IMG/VR virus record: IMGVR_UViG_3300007640_000118
Coordinates: 1-33,674 of that record
Length of the DNA stretch: 33,674 nt
From: a virus
Taxonomy: Duplodnaviria; Caudoviricetes
Strand: one strand, 5' to 3'
Shown here: one piece after another, positions 7,796-15,422 of the stretch
How positions within the stretch are numbered: the stretch's first letter is position 1
Layout of the letters: each line of letters opens with the position of its first letter
Translations under genes and position numbers: made by a program
Notes under the pieces: generated by a model
What the model saw: the letters and a program-made list of their open reading frames with translations, nothing else
Told to the model about the DNA's origin: nothing
Database searches by the model: none

Positions 7796-9967
7796 ATGAG
7801 AAAATCACAACGCAAAATCACATACATCCCTGACAGTGGCGAGTTAGATACCGCTTACTGTTCGGGTCGTGACTTGATGGATGCAACCAAAGCTGTTGTG
7901 TCTACGTTGTCACGCAATGCCAAAGCTACTGTCACCTTTGCTGGCGACGGTGCTTACACTGATGGCCAACATGTAGTGCTTCCTGCACTACCAGACAACG
8001 CCACTATCACCAAGCGTCAGGGTCTTGTGACTGGCGGCTATGCCAACCACGAGATGTTGCACAATGTCCTCACCGAGTTCAATGGTGAGACCGAGGAGAT
8101 GTGTCGTCGCTGGCACAGTGATGGCCGAGAACTTACGTCTGCACTGGCTAACGCTATGGAAGATGTGCGTATCGAGATGGGTGGCCGTGACCTATACAAC
8201 GGCCTGCCCAAAGCCATTGACCATACCAGTCACGAGGTCAACCAACAGTTCTTGGACAACTACGCTAGTGGTGACATCCCTGCCGATGCTGTGTCTGACT
8301 TCGGCCAGATCGGTGCTGTTGCCATCACATGGGAAGGTCGTCGTCGGCTAGGTTATCCATCCGACACCATGCAGAAATGCCTAGACCTATTGTCCCCCGA
8401 TGTTCGTCGCAAGGTTAACACCATTGTTGATGCTGTTCAGCACCTTGAGACTGGCGTTCGTGGTATGGGCGACATTGATACTGAGGCCGCGTATCGTGGT
8501 TGCAGAGAGTTACACAAACTTGCAGAGAGGATTGCAGATGACTACCAATCTCAACGTCGTAGAGGCGGCAACGGAAATGAAACCAACATCGACCTCGGCA
8601 CTGCCACAAATAATGAGCAAGCTGCTGGAGGAACAGGGCGCACCGCAGATGGCCAAGACAATGGCGATGCTCAACGAGAGGGAGATAAAGGAACTGCTGG
8701 AGGTTCTTCAAATGCAGATCCAACAAGCCTTACTGGAACTGGCGATCAAGGTTCTGGCAAGGGACAATCAGATAACCGCTCTCAAGAAACAGATAGCGGA
8801 ACTGAACAAGATGTAAGTAGTGGCGACCTTCGCTCTGGCGATGATAAGCCAAACACTTATGCACAATCTGATGGCTCTGTCGATACGTCGTGGGAACGTG
8901 ACAACTGCAAGGGTGTCATCACTGGCGAGTTGGTCAAGGCTCTCGACAAAGTAGTCGAGGATATACACAGCCAACGTATTGAGGGCGGCAAGCATACTGT
9001 CCTTACTCGTGACGCTGACTACTGGCAAGTCTCAAAGAAAGACAAGACCAAGTTTAACGACGGTCTCAAAATCAAGCGTTCTAGTAACTTGCAAGACGGT
9101 GACATAGAGTATGCCAATCGTCTCAAGCAGATGGGTAACAAGCTAGGCACGATGCGTCGCAAGTTGGAGCGAGCGTTGGTGTCACAGAAACGTAGTCGCT
9201 ACGCACCACGCAAGCGTCACGGTAGGCTGGACACAAACAAGCTGACCAACATCATCAGGTTTGACCCCCTCGTCTTCCGTCACAAAGTCGTCGATGACTT
9301 CATCAATACCGCTGTCTCTATCTGTGTTGACCTGTCTGGATCAATGCGTGGCAACGAGATCAGTCTTGCCACTGATTGCTCTATCGCTATTGCCGAGGCG
9401 TTGCAAGGCACTGGTGTTGAGTTGGAGATCACTGGCCACAATACGGCTGGCGCTAGTGTCATGTATCGTAGTGACCTTGGTCGTAAGTATCACCGCAATT
9501 GTGCCATTCGCATGACCATGTTCAAGTCGTTCGATACACCACTGCAACGTGCCAGAGGCACACTTGGCCAAATGCCATACGCTGTCGGTGCGGCCAACGC
9601 TGACGGTGATGCGTGGATGTATGCGGCTGACCGACTGCTTCAACGCCCAGAGCAACGCAAGATATTCATTGCCATGTCTGACGGTAGGCCAGCCTATCGT
9701 AACGACTACGGTGATGCGAGTAGCTACAAGCATACTCGTGATGTCGTCGAGTGGATGACGCTCAACGGCATTGACGTTGTGGGTATTGGCATCGGTGATG
9801 ATTGCGTCAAGCAGTTCTTCCCACGTTACGTTGTCGTGCAACGGCTTGATGATCTGAGCAAGCACGTCATGGATCAGCTTGGCAAGATGTTGCTGGGTGA
9901 ACGCTTCGTTGTTGATAACTCAGACCTCATCGCAACAGGACGCCGTGATGCCCAGACAGCCCGCTAA
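7796..9967 (+). CDS. CobT-like VWA-domain protein
   Basis: N-terminal HEMLH...NAMEDVRIE, G/D/S-rich linker, GRLD motif, MIDAS DLSGS and MSDGRP, VVGIGIG. Confidence 0.9.
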   Translation: MRKSQRKITYIPDSGELDTAYCSGRDLMDATKAVVSTLSRNAKATVTFAGDGAYTDGQHVVLPALPDNATITKRQGLVTGGYANHEMLHNVLTEFNGETEEMCRRWHSDGRELTSALANAMEDVRIEMGGRDLYNGLPKAIDHTSHEVNQQFLDNYASGDIPADAVSDFGQIGAVAITWEGRRRLGYPSDTMQKCLDLLSPDVRRKVNTIVDAVQHLETGVRGMGDIDTEAAYRGCRELHKLAERIADDYQSQRRRGGNGNETNIDLGTATNNEQAAGGTGRTADGQDNGDAQREGDKGTAGGSSNADPTSLTGTGDQGSGKGQSDNRSQETDSGTEQDVSSGDLRSGDDKPNTYAQSDGSVDTSWERDNCKGVITGELVKALDKVVEDIHSQRIEGGKHTVLTRDADYWQVSKKDKTKFNDGLKIKRSSNLQDGDIEYANRLKQMGNKLGTMRRKLERALVSQKRSRYAPRKRHGRLDTNKLTNIIRFDPLVFRHKVVDDFINTAVSICVDLSGSMRGNEISLATDCSIAIAEALQGTGVELEITGHNTAGASVMYRSDLGRKYHRNCAIRMTMFKSFDTPLQRARGTLGQMPYAVGAANADGDAWMYAADRLLQRPEQRKIFIAMSDGRPAYRNDYGDASSYKHTRDVVEWMTLNGIDVVGIGIGDDCVKQFFPRYVVVQRLDDLSKHVMDQLGKMLLGERFVVDNSDLIATGRRDAQTAR
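8538..8816 (+). CDS. Possible overprinted coiled-coil protein (92 aa) nested in the CobT-like linker
   Basis: Alternative frame; GAGG 7 nt before ATG 8538; amphipathic heptad-like sequence. Confidence 0.35.
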   Translation: MTTNLNVVEAATEMKPTSTSALPQIMSKLLEEQGAPQMAKTMAMLNEREIKELLEVLQMQIQQALLELAIKVLARDNQITALKKQIAELNKM

Positions 9968-10160
9968 ACTCAAGGGACTACGTATCCCTGCTGAGTGGTT
10001 CGGTCTTATCCCTGGCCGCCCACTCAGCTTTTGGAAACGTGTTCGTCGTCGTGTCAAAGACGCGAATGTTCGACTGCGTGATTACAACAAGGTCAAGGCA
10101 ATCGCTTTGGCTGAACCCTACCCTATCAAGAAGGAACTGGATTATGACAAACCATTCTAA
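9948..10160 (+). CDS. Basic hypothetical protein (70 aa)
   Basis: AGGA SD before ATG 9948; overlaps the ends of neighbours. Confidence 0.7.
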   Translation: MPRQPAKLKGLRIPAEWFGLIPGRPLSFWKRVRRRVKDANVRLRDYNKVKAIALAEPYPIKKELDYDKPF

Positions 10161-10662
10161 TGACATCGCTAAGACAATCGCTGACGCAGAGTTAGCCAAG
10201 TATGGCATCGGTGAGAAGCCGAAGCCCCAACCCAAGCCAGTGTTCAAGACTGTGCGGACTAAGCGCCCCACTACGCAGACGGAGTTGTTTAATATGCCAG
10301 ACATCCCCGACTTCCTGAAGCGCAAGACAGTCAAGTCCAACCACGAAGACCCAACCGAGACCATGAAGATTAAGCTGGGTGTTCGTGCCGCAGAGTTAGA
10401 GCGCATGATCAAAGACGATGCGTTCAAGATGCAACATGGCAAGGCTGATGCCGAGATAGGCAGACAGCAGTGGGATGAGTTCACGCAGACCATCGCCAAG
10501 TACGTCGGTCAAGCAATGGATGCTCGTGGTCTCGCATGGAAGTCAGGCCACGAGTGGTCGCTGGAACGTGGTGCTTTGGTTGACCACATCGCTACGTTCA
10601 TCAAAGACAATGGCGTGTTTCGTGATGCGTCAGGTCGCAACTACATCATCACAGTGAAATGA
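10144..10662 (+). CDS. Hypothetical protein (172 aa) containing DIPDFLKRK
   Basis: AAGGA SD before ATG 10144. Confidence 0.8.
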   Translation: MTNHSNDIAKTIADAELAKYGIGEKPKPQPKPVFKTVRTKRPTTQTELFNMPDIPDFLKRKTVKSNHEDPTETMKIKLGVRAAELERMIKDDAFKMQHGKADAEIGRQQWDEFTQTIAKYVGQAMDARGLAWKSGHEWSLERGALVDHIATFIKDNGVFRDASGRNYIITVK

Positions 10663-10675
10663 AAGGAGAATAAGT

Positions 10676-10816
10676 ATGCCTAAGTTCTTGGTAAAAATAC
10701 ATGCAGACATCGAAGTCGAAGCAGAGAATAAGGATGACGCAGAGGTCACTGCCGCAGAAATGTTTGACTTTGGAAGCGTAGATTTTGAGACAGAGGAGGT
10801 AAGAGAAGATGCCTAG
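10676..10816 (+). CDS. Small acidic protein, DpnD/PcfM-like pattern (46 aa)
   Basis: Not in ORF track. AAGGAG SD; MPKFLVKIHADIEVEAENKDDAEVTA. Confidence 0.75.
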   Translation: MPKFLVKIHADIEVEAENKDDAEVTAAEMFDFGSVDFETEEVREDA

Positions 10817-11009
10817 ATACAGAGTAGCTATTTGTTTTGAAGAGGCTGTCGTCATTGAGGTCGATGCCGACAGCGAGGATCATGCAGAGGAGTTGGCTCA
10901 CGAAATAGCAGAGCAACATGCTGGTTCTGAATACCCACCAGAATACAATGCCGACACAGTTCATCGGGATTATTTCTCACAGGATGCAAAGGAGATTACC
11001 AATGACTGA
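10809..11009 (+). CDS. Small acidic protein, DpnD/PcfM-like pattern (66 aa)
   Basis: GGAGG SD; YRVAICFEEAVVIEVDADSEDHAEELA. Confidence 0.8.
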   Translation: MPRYRVAICFEEAVVIEVDADSEDHAEELAHEIAEQHAGSEYPPEYNADTVHRDYFSQDAKEITND

Positions 11010-11166
11010 TCTGAGAGAAGTTATCGTTCGTGTTTACGTTAGCGCAGAGAGCGCAGAGACACAAAGCGAAGCATTGGATTTTGTTGAAGATGAGTTGAGT
11101 TGGCTATGCACATTAGACAACCCGCTTTTGGCTTTCACAATCGAAGAGGAAAAAGACAATGGATAA
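11002..11166 (+). CDS. Small acidic protein (54 aa)
   Basis: AAGGAG SD before ATG 11002; VIVRVYVSAESAETQSEA. Confidence 0.75.
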   Translation: MTDLREVIVRVYVSAESAETQSEALDFVEDELSWLCTLDNPLLAFTIEEEKDNG

Positions 11167-11599
11167 ATTAACCATGATCGAGAAGGTCGTAGCCACTATG
11201 GATGCGAAGGAAGTTCGGACACTGATCGTAGTGTGTAACGATAGGCTTGGCGAGTTGGGTGAGCCTGTGCATCAGAACGCACCGAAGCCACACACCACGC
11301 CAAAGATTAGGGTTCGTCGTCCATACTACTGCAAGGAGATACCTGACCCCTGCGTCGACAGTATGAAGACGTTTAAGCAAGTGAATACAAACTGGGTTAA
11401 CGACATCGTTAAGTTCGGCAAGCCATGTCTGTTGACGACGAAGGGTGCTGACCAGAAGCCGTGCTACATGATCGTCGTTCATTCGCCAGGGGATAACCTT
11501 GAGTTGCCGAATGGTTGCATCATCAACGACGTTAAGACTGGTGGTGTTTTCAGTAGCGTGTTCGATGCTGTCGCCAATAACACTTTGATGGCGGCATGA
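11159..11599 (+). CDS. Hypothetical protein (146 aa)
   Basis: GAGGA SD, overlap with the upstream stop. Confidence 0.8.
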   Translation: MDKLTMIEKVVATMDAKEVRTLIVVCNDRLGELGEPVHQNAPKPHTTPKIRVRRPYYCKEIPDPCVDSMKTFKQVNTNWVNDIVKFGKPCLLTTKGADQKPCYMIVVHSPGDNLELPNGCIINDVKTGGVFSSVFDAVANNTLMAA

Positions 11600-11634
11600 A
11601 AAGAAAAAGGGGTAGAGGAACCACCCTCTACCCC
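11599..11634 (-). terminator. Intrinsic terminator oriented on the minus strand
   Basis: 10-bp stem GGGGTAGAGG/CCTCTACCCC preceded on + by AAAAGAAAAA, i.e. followed by TTTTTCTTTT on the minus strand. No U tract on +. Confidence 0.8.
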
Positions 11635-11673
11635 AACACACACCAACGCACAAAAGAGAAGTTGCACGTCGAT
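11599..11673 (-). ncRNA. Candidate trans-acting antisense sRNA
   Basis: Minus-strand TTGTTG-17nt-TATATT (11708-11680) upstream and the terminator downstream; carries CUUCUCUUUUGUGCGUUGGUGUGUGU, complementary to the repeated leader motif plus SD. Confidence 0.5.
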
Positions 11674-11714
11674 AACGATAATATAATGCAACTAACGTGC
11701 CACAACAATATACC

Positions 11715-11743
11715 TTGAAGACATCTGCAATGTGTCTTACATT
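11715..11743 (+). promoter_or_regulatory. Candidate sigma70 promoter with overlapping inverted repeat
   Basis: TTGAAG-17nt-TACATT; AAGACA-N9-TGTCTT overlaps it. Confidence 0.5.
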
Positions 11744-11774
11744 TAATACACACACCAAACGCGAGGAGCTTATT

Positions 11775-12266
11775 ATGGAAGTGACAAAAGAATTGGAATA
11801 CGAAGATCAAATAAGATTGCTGACGCAAAGAGTTGATATGCTGGAAAACCTTTGCAAGTTATTGTCAAATAGATTGATTAGAGAGCCAGATCAAAGCCAA
11901 CAGGGGATACCACCACCACCGAAAACTTGTTGCCCGACTAATGATCTAGTGAAATACACACCAAAACAACATGCGACAATGCAAATGCTGGCGCTAGGCA
12001 AAAGCAATAAAGATATTGCACTTGTGCTTGAGGTGACAGAAAGCACTGCAAAGGTTCATGTACGTAGCGTGATGCAGAAGAAGAAATGTTCTAACCGACA
12101 AGAGGTTATGGCTGAGTATAAAATCACTATGTCTCAGTGTTCGGCAGAAGACTACCTAATTTATTCTGGTATCCCTAAAGACTGGGCGATACACCCTGAG
12201 AACTACCCCACACACACCACCAAACTGAGAGAGAGCTACCATGATAAAACTGGAAAAACGTCGTGA
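11775..12266 (+). CDS. LuxR/GerE-type HTH transcriptional regulator
   Basis: YTPKQ..MQMLALGKSNKDIALVLEVTESTAKVHVRSVMQK...NR matches the LuxR C-terminal HTH; GAGGAG SD before ATG 11775. Confidence 0.85.
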   Translation: MEVTKELEYEDQIRLLTQRVDMLENLCKLLSNRLIREPDQSQQGIPPPPKTCCPTNDLVKYTPKQHATMQMLALGKSNKDIALVLEVTESTAKVHVRSVMQKKKCSNRQEVMAEYKITMSQCSAEDYLIYSGIPKDWAIHPENYPTHTTKLRESYHDKTGKTS

Positions 12267-13251
12267 TGTCTGGCATATCGCTGGAACCCTAGCTGGGAAA
12301 CGGGTGCGTCAAAGCACCCGTATTCCTACATCCCACCCCGATGGAAGACGTATGGCAGAGCAAATGCGCTTGGACATTGAACGTAACATCCTGACGAGGA
12401 ACTTCAATCAGCCGACGAACAAGACTGTCGGTGATGCCATTGATGATTACCGTAAATGGAAACAGATAGAAGGTCGTCTGTCTCTGGACATGGATAGGAA
12501 GATTGATAAGCTGTCTGACTACTGGAGCAAGGTGCTGTTGACTGACATCACCACTCACAAGATACAGTCGTTCGTCTTCGACACCATGATGGGCTTACAG
12601 CCTAACAGTGTAAAGCGTTACCTCAACCAACTACGAGCCATCCTAAAGTATGCGGAAGAAAGCTACGGCTGGAAGTGTTGCAAGATACCCATGCCACAAG
12701 TTGATGATGCCAGAGATGTGCATCTGGATGAGGAAGAGGTTATCGCTGTGCTTGAGTTCTTCAAGACGAAAGAGCCTAAGTATTATCCCCACTTCGTCTT
12801 GTTGTTTGATACTGGCGCACGGCTTGGCGAGATGCTGAAGCTGGAACGCTCGTCGTTTGTCGGCGGCGTCGTCAAGATCAGACGAGTTAACAAGATGAAG
12901 CAGAAGACATTGACGAGAGATGTTCCGATGACTGACGACGTTAAGGATATGGTTGTCAATCACTGGCCAAGCAGAGGGTTGGACATCTGGAATGACAATC
13001 GGAGTGCATCAGCCACGCTTAACAAAGCACTGAAGAGAGCCTGTGCATATTGCACAATCAAGCCCATAAGGGTGCATGATGCACGACACACCTTTGCTTA
13101 CCTAACGGCAAAAGCTGGGGCAGATTTAGGTGACTTGCAATATCTTTTGGGACACGCTGACATATCCATGACCATGCGGTACAGAGGTTATGTGCAAAGC
13201 AGGGCAAGGGATTTCGTGCTGTCATCCAGACGCCAACTCGCACATGCCTGA
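12241..13251 (+). CDS. int: Tyrosine integrase
   Basis: TGARLGE (Arg I), HDARHT (H-x-x-R), LLGH...TMRY (catalytic Tyr); N-terminal arm-binding-type beta region. Confidence 0.95.
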   Translation: MIKLEKRRDVWHIAGTLAGKRVRQSTRIPTSHPDGRRMAEQMRLDIERNILTRNFNQPTNKTVGDAIDDYRKWKQIEGRLSLDMDRKIDKLSDYWSKVLLTDITTHKIQSFVFDTMMGLQPNSVKRYLNQLRAILKYAEESYGWKCCKIPMPQVDDARDVHLDEEEVIAVLEFFKTKEPKYYPHFVLLFDTGARLGEMLKLERSSFVGGVVKIRRVNKMKQKTLTRDVPMTDDVKDMVVNHWPSRGLDIWNDNRSASATLNKALKRACAYCTIKPIRVHDARHTFAYLTAKAGADLGDLQYLLGHADISMTMRYRGYVQSRARDFVLSSRRQLAHA

Positions 13252-13456
13252 CACGTTTCTGACACACGGCAACTTTGATTTTTATTCTAAGTTGTTGTAT
13301 TTGTTTTGTATTCGTAGTCATTTACTGTGTCCGTCCCGGGGAGCCACAACACATCTAAACCCATCCTTCGTGGTGGGTTTTTGTTTTTTTACAACGAGTT
13401 ACAAGACCTATCGTTGTGTCCCCTTTGACATCTCTGACACGTTATTGTCACGTTTC
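13249..13456 (+). other. attP with tRNA-Asn-like core and arm-type repeats
   Basis: Core GTCCGTCCCGGGGAGCCA (13329-13346) resembles a tRNA T-stem/acceptor/CCA 3' end. Direct repeats TG(A/T)CACGTT at 13249, 13435 and 13446 (variant at 13260) flank it, with IHF-like TACAANNNNTTA sites between. Confidence 0.85.
13357..13390 (+). terminator. Intrinsic terminator downstream of the att core
   Basis: AAACCCATC-CTTCGT-GGTGGGTTT followed by TTGTTTTTTT. Confidence 0.85.
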
Positions 13457-13538
13457 TGGCAAGCAAAAATGCTTGATAGATATGATAAGATATATATATG
13501 TTGATATACACACACCAACCTATAAAAAGGAACTTGAT

Positions 13539-13943
13539 ATGGTTACTCACAAAAAACACGTTTTCATTGACGGTGACGCTATTACTGCAATCCAGTCTCG
13601 CCTTGAGAGGGGTGAGCATAAGTCTTCGATAGCACAGTCGTTTGGTATCTCGACTTCGACAGTCACGAACTTCGATCCGAACTCTAAAAATTATCGCCCA
13701 GACCTTGTGCGTATTCGTAAAAATTCTTCTGCTAAATTTGTTAAGAATGGCTCTACAGTGAGCGACAACACTGGGAAGACCGCTGTTGTGGTGAACGACA
13801 ACACTGGGAAGATCAGCGACAAGGCGAAGGAATACATCGACGCTTGTTGTATTGTGTTTGATAAGTCGCGTCGTCAGATCATGGACGAAATGGTCAAGGC
13901 TTGTAAAGCGCTTGGCGCTTGTAACGTCCATGACGGTAAATAA
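13539..13943 (+). CDS. HTH-domain protein
   Basis: RGEHKSSIAQSFGISTSTVTN HTH; leader motif plus AAGGA SD before ATG 13539; TTGATA at 13473 with an AT-rich -10 region. Confidence 0.75.
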   Translation: MVTHKKHVFIDGDAITAIQSRLERGEHKSSIAQSFGISTSTVTNFDPNSKNYRPDLVRIRKNSSAKFVKNGSTVSDNTGKTAVVVNDNTGKISDKAKEYIDACCIVFDKSRRQIMDEMVKACKALGACNVHDGK

Positions 13944-14247
13944 TCCAAAGGGCGGTAGGCCGCAACGGACAGGCTTGTCCGTTGGGGCTGACACCCTCAG
14001 AATAAATCCCATTCTCAAGCAGACCTTTGCGCTTATCGACGAAGGCGGTTTCAATCTACATGATCTGGAACTGGCATCTGGTCTTGGCTATGCCACAATC
14101 AAACGGTGGATGGACAAGAACGGTGCGCGGTTGGATAGCGTACAGGCTGTGCTTGAGGTGATGGGATACAGGCTGGAGATAGTGAAACATGAACATATTT
14201 CACCTGTCGATGTGTCCCAAAAAGTCGGCAAAATATCTGTGCGATAA
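13930..14247 (+). CDS. XRE-family HTH protein
   Basis: LHDLELASGLGYATIKRW...ARLDSVQAVLEVMGYRLEI pattern. Confidence 0.75.
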   Translation: MTVNNPKGGRPQRTGLSVGADTLRINPILKQTFALIDEGGFNLHDLELASGLGYATIKRWMDKNGARLDSVQAVLEVMGYRLEIVKHEHISPVDVSQKVGKISVR

Positions 14248-14701
14248 GCACGTCTCTAAGATGTTTACCGAGACAGGCCAGATGCTGTCTTACGCACACT
14301 TTATACATGGTAGCTGGATGGATGGTATGTGTGCGCCTTACAGTAAGGCTGGCAAACTGTTGAGCCATGTCAAACACCCCATGACTAAGTGGGTTGCAGA
14401 GACGGAAGCCAACTACCGTTGGACATACCAGCTTGCTTGTGGATTGATGAATGAGCATTGGCTACGGTTTCATACCACGCACAACACTATGTATCGGATG
14501 CACTGCTTCGTTGATTCACCACCAAACATACCAAAGGGCGGCCTCACTAGGCCGCCTTTGTGTATGCCTGATGCTTACCACTCAGACAACCATGTAGCAT
14601 CTTATCGTGCGTATTATTGCCATGAGAAATCTCACTTTGCTAAGTGGGTTCACTGTACCCCTGTGCCGTTTTGGTACGAGGTTATGCAGTCTCTTCAATA
14701 G
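14189..14701 (+). CDS. Pyrimidine dimer DNA glycosylase (DenV/endonuclease V-like)
   Basis: MNIF...CDKHVSKM..ET.QMLS, H.KHP.T.W, NY.W, P.CMPD.Y, YRAYY..EK..FAKW signature. Confidence 0.85.
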   Translation: MNIFHLSMCPKKSAKYLCDKHVSKMFTETGQMLSYAHFIHGSWMDGMCAPYSKAGKLLSHVKHPMTKWVAETEANYRWTYQLACGLMNEHWLRFHTTHNTMYRMHCFVDSPPNIPKGGLTRPPLCMPDAYHSDNHVASYRAYYCHEKSHFAKWVHCTPVPFWYEVMQSLQ

Positions 14702-14978
14702 GTGCGCCTAACACCTCAAATGAACTTGAAGATAGCGTGTCGCCCAGCATGGCGGCACTGATGTAGCTTAGATAAACTCTTGTCTCTTTGTCGAAATGGA
14801 TGGCGATGCCGTGAGGCATCATCTCTATGATGGGTGACACGATCTTTGCGGCGTCGCCATTAGGCGATAAAATCCCTATCGTCGGCTTCATCGCTAGGCG
14901 CATGTCCGTCTCTACGTCGGCTACTCCGTCCATCGCTTCGTCCAGCAACTCTTGTGCAAAGGTCAATGAATAACTCAA
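14682..14978 (-). CDS. Hypothetical protein, start uncertain (14978/14933/14903)
   Basis: Last ORF of the minus-strand block, converging on the glycosylase gene. Confidence 0.5.
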   Translation of the reverse strand: MSYSLTFAQELLDEAMDGVADVETDMRLAMKPTIGILSPNGDAAKIVSPIIEMMPHGIAIHFDKETRVYLSYISAAMLGDTLSSSSFEVLGAPIEETA

Positions 14979-15411
14979 CAGGCAATCTCCCGCGCATGAA
15001 GTTGATGGATGTGCAGATTAACTGCACGTTGTCCTTACAGTATGCACCGTCAGGGTCAATGCGGTCTATGCTTATGTTCTGGCTCAACCACTTATCGTCG
15101 GTGGCTGGCTGTCCGTAGTACAAGACTAGGCCAGTCATAGCGCAGACACCGCCTTGTTCCCGATAAAGCTGAACGCAATCGGCTAGGGTCAAGTCGAACT
15201 GTACGCCTTGCTTACGACGTGCGCTCTTCAGTTGGGAAACCTTACGTGCTAAGTAGCCTTGCAAAGAACGCTGTGAGTTGTGCCTGTGTTGTACACGACA
15301 CACTTTGCACTGGGTTTCTCTTTTTCGTTTACCGCTCCTGCTGTCGTTCCAGTACCAGTATTCGTCTGAGTTTTTTGTTTTTCCGCAGGAGCGGCAGACA
15401 TGCCGCTCCAT
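14860..15411 (-). CDS. HNH-like endonuclease with N-terminal Zn finger
   Basis: CxxC...CxxC; QGGVCAMTG; SIDRIDPDGAY..DNVQLIC..IN.M. Confidence 0.75.
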   Translation of the reverse strand: MERHVCRSCGKTKNSDEYWYWNDSRSGKRKRETQCKVCRVQHRHNSQRSLQGYLARKVSQLKSARRKQGVQFDLTLADCVQLYREQGGVCAMTGLVLYYGQPATDDKWLSQNISIDRIDPDGAYCKDNVQLICTSINFMRGRLPVELFIDLCTRVAGRSDGRSSRRRDGHAPSDEADDRDFIA

Positions 15412-15422
15412 TGGATAAGGTG

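Larger units (their letters stand above)
3694..13520 (+). repeat. Dispersed leader motif (A)CACACACCAA(C), 6 exact 10-mer copies plus 2 variants
   Basis: Copies near 3694, 5722, 6224, 11636, 11748 and 13508; variants at 4183 (ACACACCTAAC) and 12210 (ACACACACCACCAAAC). All but the 11636 copy lie just 5' of an SD and start codon. Confidence 0.85.

Noticed and set aside
5753-9967. Cobalamin biosynthesis auxiliary genes
   Set aside because: No CobN or other pathway gene in the window; only the generic AAA+/VWA architecture is supported.
13329-13346. tRNA gene
   Set aside because: Only the 3' 18 nt are present; upstream sequence cannot form D or anticodon arms, so it is an att core.
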